Positions 9,825 through 19,914 of a stretch of DNA of 64,000 bases are shown here, piece after piece. The stretch lies in the IMG/VR virus record IMGVR_UViG_3300010352_001897. One strand, 5' to 3'. The DNA comes from an uncultured virus (IMG/VR IMGVR_UViG_3300010352_001897). Taxonomy: Duplodnaviria; Heunggongvirae; Uroviricota; Caudoviricetes. Position 1 is the first letter of the stretch. Every line of letters starts with the position of its first letter. The notes under the pieces are model-generated. The model saw nothing but the letters and a program-made list of their open reading frames with translations. It ran no database searches and had not been told where the DNA came from. A program made the translations under genes and the position numbers.

Positions 9825-10222
9825 GCCCTTTGACATTGACCTTTTTGGTGGGATTTATTGGGATTGCTTTCATCTATGCGGTGTATTCTCTCAACCTTCT
9901 CATCAAGAATGGACAGGTTCCATTGGAGAAGTCAAAAGTGATTGACCATTCCAAGGTGAATCCTGCCCCAAATCCTTTGATGGATGCTCGACTGGTGTTT
10001 GGATGTACTGCAATGGTTAGGGACTTTATTCCATGGGGTAATGGTGAGATTCATATTACTCACTGGATGGGGCCTGTTGACATCATTGGATACGATAATT
10101 CCAAGAAGTTGTATATGACATCTGTTGGGGAGTTCTGTGATGCTCGTCCTTTAACTGAAGAAGAGAAGACCAAACATGCTCGTAATTGGGCTCACGCATT
10201 GAAAATTGTTGAGGAGCACTAA
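9821..10222 (+). CDS. hypothetical protein with N-terminal TM helix
   Basis: GGAGGT SD, GTGA overlap. Confidence 0.75.
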   Translation: MSPLTLTFLVGFIGIAFIYAVYSLNLLIKNGQVPLEKSKVIDHSKVNPAPNPLMDARLVFGCTAMVRDFIPWGNGEIHITHWMGPVDIIGYDNSKKLYMTSVGEFCDARPLTEEEKTKHARNWAHALKIVEEH

Positions 10223-10223
10223 T

Positions 10224-10385
10224 ATGGGCTACAAGGAACTTTTCAAGAAGTACTTTGAGATGGGCTATTCGGGGCGTGAAGCTCAGAGGATGGCGAATCT
10301 TCAATTGAGGGATCGAGAGAAGATAAATAGAATGACTCAAAGGGAATTGGTAAAACACTGTATCAATAAGCCCTTGTGTATGTAA
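10224..10385 (+). CDS. small hypothetical protein (53 aa, MGYKELFKK..)
   Basis: GAGGAG SD; below ORF-track cutoff. Confidence 0.6.
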   Translation: MGYKELFKKYFEMGYSGREAQRMANLQLRDREKINRMTQRELVKHCINKPLCM

Positions 10386-10570
10386 GTCTTGGATGTTTAA
10401 TTCGTTGAGTGCGTAGATGGTCTCTATAGGCGGAATGACGAATTTTCGTTATTCCTTTCTATAGTCAACTTGAATAATGCATTTAGTATAGAGACTCCGT
10501 TTTGTCAAGAGGGAATTTGTCTAGAATTTTCCACCTTGACAGGGGACAATTCCTTACTTACATTGCTCTT

Positions 10571-10750
10571 ACCGAGACAGCACAAACATATTGGCCAGTA
10601 GAGAGACTGACCAGTGGAAAGGTTCCCGCGAGGATCTTTTAGATAATGTTTTGGGACATCTAGAGTAATCATTATTGCACGATTTCCGACGCAATTGATT
10701 GGTAATGATGGTTGGGAAGGCCCCTCTGAAGATAGAGGGGTCTTTTCTTT
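10571..10750 (+). ncRNA. putative ncRNA cassette B (~180 nt)
   Basis: promoter 10536-10564, no ORF, terminator 10717-10750. Confidence 0.55.
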
Positions 10751-10845
10751 TTGCCCTATTTTTAAGGCACTATCTAACGTATATGAGTTTAATGATCTAA
10801 AAATAGTACTTTGACAGCGTCGCGATTTTTGCTTACATTGATAGT

Positions 10846-11250
10846 GTCGAGAAGGGTAACTCATTGAGCAATCTCTAAACTATCTACCCAACTAAAATTG
10901 GATGATAGGGTTACCTAGTAAACCGATACTCGCTTCCGAGTGAAGTCCTAGTAGGTAGAAGGATAGCTTGAACGGACCTCTCGAATGTTGCAATCCCGCC
11001 TGATAGACGTAATCTATCACAAATTTGACCCTCATGTAGGGTTTGACATACGGAACACTAGACACGAAAACAATCCTGATCTATGTGTTGACCATTCTTC
11101 CCACCGAGTTGTAAACTAGGCAGGTATACGAACGGGAAGAACATTTTGAAAATGAGCCTAGTAACCATTCTGGGAAAAGTTGGCAAGGGATGGGCAAGGA
11201 AGTAATGGGCCAGCTTAAAACCCTCTCTGGGAAACTAGGGAGGGTTTTCT
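10846..11250 (+). ncRNA. putative structured ncRNA cassette C (~405 nt)
   Basis: promoter 10811-10839, no long ORF, hairpins such as TGATAGA/TCTATCA and TTCTTCCC/GGGAAGAA, terminator 11217-11250. Confidence 0.6.
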
Positions 11251-11330
11251 GATTTTATACCTTGACAGACTTGTCGAATTGCCATACATTAGGTGTACGA
11301 AGAATTTTCTTCAAACCCAAAGAGGAACCA

Positions 11331-11699
11331 ATGGAAATCCCAAAGACACTGTTCACAATTGCAACGGGATCTCGGCTTGGAGCCCACACCACTTGCATTG
11401 CCGCCACCATTGAGCAGTTGATCCAGGAGGTTGACAGTACTCTGGCCTGTGATGAGCAAATGCTTCGTGAAATCATTGAGGAATACAACGAGACTGCAAC
11501 TGCCATGAATCGACCCTTGTACCAAGGGCTTGACAGTGACTTTAGCTTTGCTTTCATTGTCAAGAATGACCCTCGCACCGACATGGGTGGCTGGGGTTGG
11601 GCATGGGAGTGGGTTGATTCCCTAGGGCGTGATGACAACGCATATTTGAACATTTCCGTCCATGTCTGGACTGGACACTACTTCAACACCGAGGGATAG
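11331..11699 (+). CDS. hypothetical early protein
   Basis: GAGGA SD before ATG 11331. Confidence 0.75.
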   Translation: MEIPKTLFTIATGSRLGAHTTCIAATIEQLIQEVDSTLACDEQMLREIIEEYNETATAMNRPLYQGLDSDFSFAFIVKNDPRTDMGGWGWAWEWVDSLGRDDNAYLNISVHVWTGHYFNTEG

Positions 11700-11768
11700 T
11701 ACCTTGACAAAGTTCTGATTTTGTTTACTTTAGGGTAAAGAGAATCATCTCTAACCAAGGAACGAAAA

Positions 11769-12182
11769 ATGAACAGGGACATTCTTCTCAATACCATCTG
11801 TCGATACCATTGGGTTGTTTCCGTCATTCGGGACACTCACAACTATCGAGCCAGCACGTTCACTTACAATCTCAAGGATCGGCCCTTGTGCGACCTGGAA
11901 CGTGAAGTGATCGAAATGTACAAGGTTTTGAAGGGTGAAATCATTCGGGCATTGACTGTTCGACTCAAGCAGTACGAATCCAACCGGAAGAGTCATGTGG
12001 AACAGAAGACCGCTGACAAGCAGTTCTATCGGTTCCTTCAAGCCACTGGCTACATTCTGGAAACGGATCCTTGGAAGCTCCCCATGCATCGCTTGTTGAA
12101 GATCTACAGTGTCTACTTCAAGGATCTGGATAAGCTCAAAAAGGACCTTGACAAAAAGAACCAATCCCCCTACATTGGGTAA
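11769..12182 (+). CDS. hypothetical early protein
   Basis: own promoter, AAGGA SD. Confidence 0.75.
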   Translation: MNRDILLNTICRYHWVVSVIRDTHNYRASTFTYNLKDRPLCDLEREVIEMYKVLKGEIIRALTVRLKQYESNRKSHVEQKTADKQFYRFLQATGYILETDPWKLPMHRLLKIYSVYFKDLDKLKKDLDKKNQSPYIG

Positions 12183-12209
12183 TAACTAGAATTTTCTAGG
12201 GAGGAAATC

Positions 12210-12494
12210 ATGGTCAGTCAATACGCAGATCTCAGCATTCGACACGTCACCAAAAGGGATGCTCAGTTTCTCAAGTCGGCAGTCTACCTTACCAATCCCC
12301 TTGAAGGAGTTGGACAGGTTTACCAATATGACAATGGAGTGTTCATTTCCCTGGGCGAAGAGGATGAACCCATCAGTGAGGAATTTTCCGAGCACTTCAA
12401 ACACCTTGTCAAGTGTTGCAGACTTGCCGGATGTACTCTGATTCGTCTTGATTTGGATGCTCCGATCAGCGAATATTTGCCGCTTCTGACTTGA
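12210..12494 (+). CDS. hypothetical early protein
   Basis: GGAGG SD; C-terminal GC.LIRLD.DAP pattern. Confidence 0.75.
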   Translation: MVSQYADLSIRHVTKRDAQFLKSAVYLTNPLEGVGQVYQYDNGVFISLGEEDEPISEEFSEHFKHLVKCCRLAGCTLIRLDLDAPISEYLPLLT

Positions 12495-12533
12495 TAACCT
12501 TTACAGTCGTCTCGATTTGAGTTACATTGTGGG

Positions 12534-12698
12534 AGTAAGGAAAAGGTAGCCTCGGAATCCACGGATACCGACTACGGAGCCTTTTAATTCAGGTAATGTA
12601 GAAGTTATTGACGGATCGAACCAAAAATCGAACCAAAAGACCCTTCTCTAACCTTTCCCCAGAAAACCCTTCCAAGGTAACACTTGGAGGGGTTTTTT
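12534..12698 (+). ncRNA. putative ncRNA cassette D (~165 nt)
   Basis: TTTACA-N17-TACATT 12500-12528, no ORF, ATCGAACCAAAA x2, terminator 12663-12698. Confidence 0.5.
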
Positions 12699-12738
12699 GT
12701 ACCTTGACAGCCCCTAGCTTTTTGCTTACATTGATAGG

Positions 12739-12890
12739 GAGTGATTAAAGGTGAGGTCCTTAAAGCTCCCTATGAGATACCTAGGTCCAGTACGCCTCTT
12801 GAAGGTTGGAAGCAACCTTAGGATAGTCATTTGATATAATACTACCTCCAAATGCCCCTTCAAGGTAACACTTGGAGGGGCAATTTGTTT
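12739..12890 (+). ncRNA. putative ncRNA cassette E (~150 nt)
   Basis: promoter 12704-12732, no ORF, terminal hairpin nearly identical to that of cassette D (CAAGGTAACACTTGGAGGGG). Confidence 0.5.
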
Positions 12891-12966
12891 GTGCCTTGAC
12901 AAAACTTCAGATCGACCTTACATTGATAGTGACGGAGAATTTTCTCCAAACAACAAGGAGCGCGTC

Positions 12967-13257
12967 ATGCAAAAGGGTACTTTTGTTTCTGTCTGGGATG
13001 GCGGATATGAGATTCGAACGGCCTGCGATTTTGACTATGAAAAGAATCTCATTGAAAATGTGGAATTCTCCGATGGTTCCAACGATGACAGGGTTGACCA
13101 ACTTGATCGGGAATATGTGGAGGATGCCGAAGGGAATGAGTATGAGGTCTGTACCGAATGCCATGAGAAGTTCCTGAAAGGCCAAATGTTCCCTAGCAAG
13201 GTGAATGATACGGTATTGGAAGAGAAGGTCGTTTGCCCCAATTGTCACGAAGAGTAA
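12967..13257 (+). CDS. acidic zinc-ribbon protein
   Basis: AAGGAG SD; CTEC and CPNC. Confidence 0.75.
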   Translation: MQKGTFVSVWDGGYEIRTACDFDYEKNLIENVEFSDGSNDDRVDQLDREYVEDAEGNEYEVCTECHEKFLKGQMFPSKVNDTVLEEKVVCPNCHEE

Positions 13258-13330
13258 TAAGTACCTTGACAAAGTCGTAAGAGTCCTTACTTTATTTTGA
13301 AAGGGGAAGTGTCCCTGGAATTGAGGCTAT

Positions 13331-13558
13331 ATGAAATTCCGTATAAATTCGGAAGTCTTTGTTCGTTTGGTTCGAGGTACAAGTGAACGTATGAGCATCA
13401 CTGCAACCCAAAAGAAGATGTTTGGATCCACAGGTACTATAGTGAAGGAGTTTGAAAATGGATATTTCCTAGTAAAACACAAAACAGGAGAATTCCTTTG
13501 GCATGAGTCTAGCCTAGCTCTGGATCGACTAGCGACAAGCTTTGGGATTAAGCCTTGA
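13331..13558 (+). CDS. small SH3/KOW-like hypothetical protein
   Basis: GAGG SD, beta-rich GTIVKE pattern. Confidence 0.6.
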   Translation: MKFRINSEVFVRLVRGTSERMSITATQKKMFGSTGTIVKEFENGYFLVKHKTGEFLWHESSLALDRLATSFGIKP

Positions 13559-13622
13559 CAGATTAATGGAAATGGCTTACATTGATAGTACTGGGGATGT
13601 TCCCAACTAAACAGGAATCACT

Positions 13623-13910
13623 ATGCACACCTACATTCTTCTCTGGTCCCATGACTGCACAGTGGAGATGTGCTATTTCAAGTCCAACAAAGAAGGGATT
13701 GAGGGATTGATCTTTGGAGGAGGAGAGTTTGCCAAAGACCTGGACGATGCGGAAAGCATGGGAATGGACAGAGATGAATTTGAAGAGTCCCATGAAGGTT
13801 GGACGTTTGTCCAGTCGGTGATCCAGAAGTTCGGACTGGACTTCGATCCTTGGAATGGGGACGTGATGATCGACATGGTGCCTGATGAGATCGATATGCA
13901 GATCGAGTGA
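13623..13910 (+). CDS. acidic hypothetical early protein
   Basis: promoter, leader hairpin, AGGA SD. Confidence 0.75.
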   Translation: MHTYILLWSHDCTVEMCYFKSNKEGIEGLIFGGGEFAKDLDDAESMGMDRDEFEESHEGWTFVQSVIQKFGLDFDPWNGDVMIDMVPDEIDMQIE

Positions 13911-13942
13911 GACATCTAATTGTGTTCCATAATAAGGACCCC

Positions 13943-14488
13943 CTATTGGGGTCCTTTTTGTAATGTTCCTAAATTAGCAAACTTCCCATGAAGTTCTCGT
14001 AGTTTTTCATTTCGATGAACAATTGCTTGCTCCAATCCGTCATTCGTATGTGGAAATAATTTACAATATCTTTTTCCATTGAAAAATATTTTAACTTGAT
14101 AATGTATGTTTTTGTAATAATGTGAATTATATGTCAATATGTTTTTGTATCCAGTTTTATTATTTCTTTGAGCATTGACATTCATTTGATTTTGGCTATT
14201 TGTGGCCAATCTTAAATTATGTACATTATTGTTTAGTTTATTATTGTCAATATGATCTATTTGAATTTCGTTTGGAATTTCATATAACTTATGATAAATC
14301 TGATATAATATTCTATGAACACAGTATTCTTTTCCTCCTAAAACTACTTTCAAATATCCCTTCTTATTACATCCTGCTAAACTATCCTTTTTTATAACAC
14401 CTCTTGAGATTGACCAATATAGTTGTCCATTTTTCTCATAAAAATATTTGTAAATTTCGGGCAGTGTTAATTGTTTTGTCAATTTCAT
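13943..14488 (-). CDS. HNH homing endonuclease
   Basis: HRILY..IDHIDNNKLNNNVHNLR..N; AT-rich insert. Confidence 0.9.
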   Translation of the reverse strand: MKLTKQLTLPEIYKYFYEKNGQLYWSISRGVIKKDSLAGCNKKGYLKVVLGGKEYCVHRILYQIYHKLYEIPNEIQIDHIDNNKLNNNVHNLRLATNSQNQMNVNAQRNNKTGYKNILTYNSHYYKNIHYQVKIFFNGKRYCKLFPHTNDGLEQAIVHRNEKLRELHGKFANLGTLQKGPQ

Positions 14489-14670
14489 CTAAGAATAATA
14501 ACAAATTATTCTTAGCTCCATTTTTTACTAGATGCTCAGTTCTCCTGAAAGTTTTTTAAGTTTCTTCATTGACTACCTTTACAAACTTCGTTCTTTGGCT
14601 TACATTGGTAGTATGAAAGGCGAGGTAAGGTACCGAGCCGAAGAGCAAACCAAAGAAAAAGGAAACTACC

Positions 14671-15114
14671 ATGTCGGATACCAACACCACCACCACCGAA
14701 ACCGTCAAGCCCCTCACCGTGAAGGAACTGGCCGCGAAGCGGAAGGCCATTCGCGAAGAGGCCAAGTCCATCACCTCCGCCCTGACCAAGAGGCGCGAAG
14801 ATGCCAAGGCCGAGGAGCAGGAAGCGGCCAAGAACCTCCTCAAGGAGATCGGTGAACTGGGCCAGTCCACCGTCGTGGTGGGCGAGGGCGACAAGGCCAT
14901 GACCTTGACCCTGGAAGAGGCTCTGGTCACCGGCAAGGTCACCACCATCACCGTGAACACTGCCGAAGGCCCCAAGGAACGCGCCCACACCGCCTTCATG
15001 GACGCCGCTCGCGTCGAGTCCCTTCGCAAGCTCCTGGTCCGCGCCAAGAAGATCCTCGCCAACGAGGAGATCCGCCCCAAGGCCAACCCGAAGGACAACG
15101 AGGCTTCCGCCTAA
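14671..15114 (+). CDS. hypothetical early protein, copy 1 (strongly GC3-biased codons)
   Basis: AAGGA SD, promoter and terminator; near-identical to 17912-18355. Confidence 0.85.
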   Translation: MSDTNTTTTETVKPLTVKELAAKRKAIREEAKSITSALTKRREDAKAEEQEAAKNLLKEIGELGQSTVVVGEGDKAMTLTLEEALVTGKVTTITVNTAEGPKERAHTAFMDAARVESLRKLLVRAKKILANEEIRPKANPKDNEASA

Positions 15115-15300
15115 AGTCCTCCGGTCGCACTTTTGAAGGAAGGAATCCAAAGGGGTTCCTTCCTTTTTTTGTTGTGTTTTTGAAAATCATGTAAAAATAA
15201 AAGCTAAAATTGGTTTTTAATAAAAAAATACCCTTGACTGATTTGTCTTTATTCCCTACTTTAAGTGTACATCATCCTTAATATTGAGGGGAGAACATTC

Positions 15301-16080
15301 ATGGCTTTTTCGACCCATTCTGATCTCTTTGAGGAACTTAATAACGGATGCGGACTCGTAAGGAAGAATCAGATCATTACCATTCTCTACACCCAATACC
15401 TTCCGCTTGCCCGTCGCGTGTCCTATATGTACAAGTCGCTGGGTTTCGATCTTGCAATGTCTTGTTGTCGGGTTGGATTGCTCAACGCAGTGGAAAAGTA
15501 CGATCTCACCTTTGGTGTTGATTTTGCCTACTTTGCAAAGTATCACATGAGATCGGTATGTCAAAAGGAAATGCGAAACGATCGGAATATTCATATTCCT
15601 GCCAATATCATGGCCATTATTGAAAAGTTGATTCGGGAAGGAGTTTTCTACAAGGATTCTGAAGAATTGACTACTCAGCAATTGGCTGACCGAGAAGAAT
15701 ACGGTGAAATGTACCGTAATGTATACTACACTCGCAGTGAAGAGAATACTGGCAGTGAAGATAATGAAGGCACTTATAGTGTCTTTGACGCTGTTGAGCA
15801 GGGGACCTTTGAATCTTCTGATTCGTTGACCTACATGAAGGAATTGAATTCGACGTTGGAGCGTTTGATTAATCGCCTCCCTGACATTGAACGTACCGTG
15901 GTCATCCACTCGATTGGTTTTAATAATGCCGACGAACTTGGAATTCGGGACATTGGTAAGATCATCGGTAAGTCCCACCAAACGGTCGTCAATCGCTACG
16001 CTAAGGCCCTGGGGATGCTCAGGGAATTGATGTTGGAGGAAGAGGAAGACTTGTTTGACAATATTGAAATGGGGAAATAA
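15301..16080 (+). CDS. sigma-70 family RNA polymerase sigma factor-like protein
   Basis: region 2-like GLLNAVEKYD..GVDFAYFAKYHMR and region 4 HTH IRDIGKIIGKSHQTV..AL..LR; GGGGAG SD before ATG 15301. Confidence 0.85.
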   Translation: MAFSTHSDLFEELNNGCGLVRKNQIITILYTQYLPLARRVSYMYKSLGFDLAMSCCRVGLLNAVEKYDLTFGVDFAYFAKYHMRSVCQKEMRNDRNIHIPANIMAIIEKLIREGVFYKDSEELTTQQLADREEYGEMYRNVYYTRSEENTGSEDNEGTYSVFDAVEQGTFESSDSLTYMKELNSTLERLINRLPDIERTVVIHSIGFNNADELGIRDIGKIIGKSHQTVVNRYAKALGMLRELMLEEEEDLFDNIEMGK

Positions 16081-16400
16081 TGAATCCTTACTTTTCGCCT
16101 CTATTCGGAATCACCTTTTTCGGAAACATGACTCCTACTGAAGCAATCATTGATATTGTTACAATGACCAGAGGACCTTTGACTGTGGAACTTCCCATAG
16201 TTATTGGAATTGGCTATGCTGAAGGAAAGTATCATTGTAGTGCGGTGGCGGAAAATGGGGACACTCTGGACATTACCAAAGATTCGATGTCGGATTGTTT
16301 GATTGAAGTTGGGGCTTTTTGTACGCTGAGGCTTGCGTACCTCATGGCAGATAAGTTTAAGGTGGCCCTTGAAATTGAAGCCTTGACATCGGGCGTATAA
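16080..16400 (+). CDS. hypothetical protein
   Basis: TAATG coupling to sigma gene. Confidence 0.7.
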   Translation: MNPYFSPLFGITFFGNMTPTEAIIDIVTMTRGPLTVELPIVIGIGYAEGKYHCSAVAENGDTLDITKDSMSDCLIEVGAFCTLRLAYLMADKFKVALEIEALTSGV

Positions 16401-16468
16401 ATATTTACATTGTAGGTTCAGAGTCCTTTGGTTTTTCTTTTGAGGTTTGATATGTAATTCGCAAATTT

Positions 16469-16747
16469 GGGAGTGTAGCTCAGTTGGTAGATGCAGTGGT
16501 CTTTAATAATAAGAGCACTGAATTAGAAATAATTCATGTGAATCCTGTCAAATTCGGGGAAACTCCAGAAATGGACAATCCCGAGCCAAGCCTAGTATAT
16601 AGGAAGGTGTAGAGACTAGACGGCAGGGGTCTGAACAGGTAGTGCTGAAGATCAAGGGATAGTCCAGACTACAACATGAAAATGGTCACAGTAATGTGAA
16701 GTAGTAAGTTAAGCCACGGGTCGTGGGTTCGAGTCCCACCACTCCCA
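16469..16747 (+). tRNA. tRNA-Lys(UUU) interrupted by a group I intron
   Basis: acceptor GGGAGTG/CACTCCC, T-arm GTGGG-TTCGAGT-CCCAC, anticodon stem GTGGT/GCCAC; spliced loop CTT|TTAA; CCA not encoded. Confidence 0.85.
16504..16708 (+). ncRNA. group I intron (IC3-like, 205 nt, no ORF)
   Basis: P AAATTCGGGGAA, Q AATCCCGAGC, R GTAGAGACTAGA, S AAGGGATAGTCC; follows U, ends in G. Confidence 0.88.
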
Positions 16748-16851
16748 CTAACCCTAGCTCAGAAATGGGCTAGGGTTTTTTGTACCTTTACAAAAATCCA
16801 GTAGGTGCTTACTTTAGTACTGAAGGTAATTCACCTAACCAAGGAGATACA

Positions 16852-16965
16852 ATGTTAAGACTTGTGATCCATCTGGTGGTTGTTCTGATCCTCTGTCGTA
16901 TCTTTGGGCCAGTCCTTGGGCTGTTGATCTACATTGTCATGCGAATGATTTTTAGAGGGTTCTAA
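16852..16965 (+). CDS. small hydrophobic membrane protein (37 aa)
   Basis: promoter, AAGGAG SD, MLRLVIHLVVVLILCRIFGPVLGLLIYIVMRMIFRGF. Confidence 0.65.
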   Translation: MLRLVIHLVVVLILCRIFGPVLGLLIYIVMRMIFRGF

Positions 16966-17282
16966 GATCAAGGTGTTTCGAGAGGTCACAGGTGCAGATC
17001 TTCTCAATGCCAAACTGTTCACTGAAGGAATCATTACCCAACTTACCCCGTCGCAAATTTTCCAATTGAGTGAGAAGGGAATCTATGTGAAACGGGTTTA
17101 AGTGTGAGTGAGTGAGTGCGTACCACTCCCCATTCGGCCAGGGGACCTATCAATGTATGGTAGGTTCCTTTTTTCGTCAATGTATGAAAAGCATTTAGTA
17201 TAGACTCTCCAATATGTCAAGAGGGAAAACGTCTAGAATTTCCTACCTTGACGAGATCTTCTTTTCAGCTTACATTGATATT

Positions 17283-17682
17283 GTCGAGAGGAAAGTAAAG
17301 ATCGAAATCTAGAATCCTAGGGCTTCCCTCAGGGCGGCTCAGATCTGGCCTAGACGTAGATGGTGAATGATGATCCACTGGGAAACACTCATACCACAAT
17401 CTAACTCGCAAAATGAAGTTAATGGGACTCTTATATCTTTAGGAGTTTCAAAAAAGGGTGAACTAATGCCAGGGCCGATAAGACTGGAAACTGAATCGAC
17501 CGTCCTCAAGTAGAATCTTCCAGGATTTGAAAAGGGAAAACAGCGCCCACCCTATGGCTGGTTAACTTCGACTCCTTGAGTAACGCTATCGAGACTCAAC
17601 AGAGTATAAAAGAGATAGCATAGAAAGAAAACCATCTCAACTAGAGAGCCTCCTGGGATCGCAACCTGGGAGGCTCTTTTTG
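17283..17682 (+). ncRNA. putative structured ncRNA cassette F (~400 nt)
   Basis: promoter 17248-17276, no ORF, many hairpins, strong terminator 17643-17682. Confidence 0.6.
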
Positions 17683-17911
17683 TTTTTTCTCTCGATTTAA
17701 TCTATCTGGATTAGAACGCGAACAGCTAGGTAAATATTTCCTACAGTCCAGCTATTATAGATTTTCAAATTTTTCTTTCTCAGTACCTTTACAAACTTCA
17801 TTCTTTGGCTTACATTGATAGTACAAGGGCAACGGTGACCGAATGATCCGAAGCCCCCCAGAGACAGTCCTGAATAATTCAGGGAAGCTCTGATTTGAAA
17901 AGGAAACTACC

Positions 17912-18355
17912 ATGTCGGATACCAACACCACCACCACCGAAACCGTCAAGCCCCTCACCGTGAAGGAACTGGCCGCGAAGCGGAAGGCCATTCGCGAAGA
18001 GGCCAAGTCCATCACCTCCGCCCTGACCAAGAGGCGCGAAGATGCCAAGGCCGAGGAGCAGGAAGCGGCCAAGAACCTCCTCAAGGAGATCGGTGAACTG
18101 GGCCAGTCCACCGTCGTGGTGGGCGAGGGCGACAAGGCCATGACCTTGACCCTGGAAGAGGCTCTGGTCACCGGCAAGGTCACCACCATCACCGTGAACA
18201 CTGCCGAAGGCCCCAAGGAACGCGCCCACACTGCCTTCATGGACGCCGCTCGCGTCGAGTCCCTTCGCAAGCTCCTGGTCCGCGCCAAGAAGATCCTCGC
18301 CAATGAGGAGATTCGCCCCAAGGCCAACCCGAAGGACGACAAGGCTTCCGCCTAA
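17912..18355 (+). CDS. hypothetical early protein, copy 2
   Basis: near-identical duplicate of 14671-15114. Confidence 0.85.
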   Translation: MSDTNTTTTETVKPLTVKELAAKRKAIREEAKSITSALTKRREDAKAEEQEAAKNLLKEIGELGQSTVVVGEGDKAMTLTLEEALVTGKVTTITVNTAEGPKERAHTAFMDAARVESLRKLLVRAKKILANEEIRPKANPKDDKASA

Positions 18356-18483
18356 AGTCCTCCGGTCGCACTCTTGAAGGAAGGAATCCAAAGGGGGTCC
18401 TTCCTTTTTTTGTACCTTGACGAAAACCTTAAATCGGTCTACATTAGACTTGTAGGCAATGATCTTAACCTTGGAGTCACAGT

Positions 18484-18762
18484 ATGATCTACCATGGAAT
18501 CTTGACTGTTGTTGAAATCCGTCGAAGCGAGATGACCAGGAAATTGCAAATCCATACTTGGAAGTATCCTGCGACTCCTGAAATGTATGACATGCCCTCC
18601 AAGGTCACCTATAGACCCAATTTTTGGAGAGCCTATGCCCAGGAAGGTGTAAAGATCAGTCGAGTGATCCGAACCCTAAAGAATATGCTGAAAAAGGAAC
18701 GCCTTAAGGAAATCGAAAAACATATTCAGTTCATGAGTGAACTTGAATCTTTGAGTGAGTGA
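18484..18762 (+). CDS. hypothetical early protein
   Basis: promoter, GGAG SD. Confidence 0.7.
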   Translation: MIYHGILTVVEIRRSEMTRKLQIHTWKYPATPEMYDMPSKVTYRPNFWRAYAQEGVKISRVIRTLKNMLKKERLKEIEKHIQFMSELESLSE

Positions 18763-18875
18763 GTGCGAGGCGACCTCATTCAGGATCTCGGGGTCCATAA
18801 TTAATGTGGACCTGAATGTCCAGAATATTGTGGACAATGAGATCCCTAATGTATGCAGATTTTTCATTTTGTCAA
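18752..18875. repeat. (GAGT)n plus three GGAY-N6-RTCC boxes plus antisense TTGACA-N16-TACATT, copy 1
   Basis: same architecture as 26140-26280. Confidence 0.75.
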
Positions 18876-19031
18876 TGTAGGAAAAGCATTTAGCATATAC
18901 TCTCCAATCTGTCAAGAGAGAAAACGTCTAGAATTTTTAGATGGAAATAATGAATTTCGTACCTTGACAGATTAGAAGTTTCTGCATACATTACATACAG
19001 ACAAGGGAATGTTTCCCTAGAGGACCATGAC

Positions 19032-19715
19032 ATGAACATCTACTTTCCAAAGACTGTCGGAGGAAATGCCAAAACTGGCTTGCTCACTTCCACGTCTTCG
19101 ATGGATACCTGTCCAGACACTTGCCCCTTGAAGGGAAAGGGTTGCTATGCTCGTTTCGGCAATCTGGCAAGGGTTTGGAAGAATGTTTCGGAAGGTAGCT
19201 ATAGCATTCCCTTTTCCGAATTCCTTTCCAAAATCAAATCCCTTCCTCCTAAATCTCTGTGGCGACATAATCAGGCAGGAGATTTGCCTGGAATCAATCT
19301 GGAGATTGACAATTCGATCCTTTCGCAAATTGTAAAAGCGAATAAGGGAAAGAGAGGATTTACTTACACTCACAAACCATTGACCAAAACCAATATTGGA
19401 TATATTCGTTCGGCAATTGAAAAGGGATTCACTATCAACATTTCCACGGAAACACTTTCGCAAGTGGATTCCGTTAAGGAAATGGGATTGCCCGTTGCTG
19501 TTGTTCTTCCTAAGGATACTCCATTGGATGGATCAATCCGGAAGGTCAATACTCCAAATGGAAATAGTGTTTTGATTTGCCCTCAACAGATCAATCCCAA
19601 AACAATGAATTGTGCGAATTGTGGACTTTGCGCGAATTCCAAGCGTAGCTATGCAATTGGTTTTGTTGCCCATGGTAATGCGCGAAATATGGCAAATGCA
19701 ATCACAAAGGAATGA
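19032..19715 (+). CDS. Cys-rich phage protein (gp88-like/DUF7227-like)
   Basis: GNAKTG, TCPDTCP..GCYA, WRHNQAGD, FTYTH, CPQQ..CANCGLC..GFVAHG. Confidence 0.75.
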   Translation: MNIYFPKTVGGNAKTGLLTSTSSMDTCPDTCPLKGKGCYARFGNLARVWKNVSEGSYSIPFSEFLSKIKSLPPKSLWRHNQAGDLPGINLEIDNSILSQIVKANKGKRGFTYTHKPLTKTNIGYIRSAIEKGFTINISTETLSQVDSVKEMGLPVAVVLPKDTPLDGSIRKVNTPNGNSVLICPQQINPKTMNCANCGLCANSKRSYAIGFVAHGNARNMANAITKE

Positions 19716-19718
19716 TCA

Positions 19719-19914
19719 AATGGAAACTCCCCACAAAATGGATCTTGCCGACAAGGGATTGCTAATGCACCTTCTGGGCAATTACAAACATTCAATCGAA
19801 TCGCAAATTGCGGCACATTCCGGAATCCATAATGATTCCAAGGAATTGGCTCGATTGAAAATGGAATTGGAAATGATCGAGTGTGCGAATGACATCATTC
19901 AGGACATACCTTGA
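19719..19914 (+). CDS. hypothetical protein
   Basis: AAGGA SD before METPHK. Confidence 0.6.

Noticed and set aside
14532..15190. Long overlapping ORFs (107, 180, 194 aa; likewise 17755-18391)
   Set aside because: Shadow frames of a GC3-rich gene; only 14671 and 17912 have promoter, SD and terminator.
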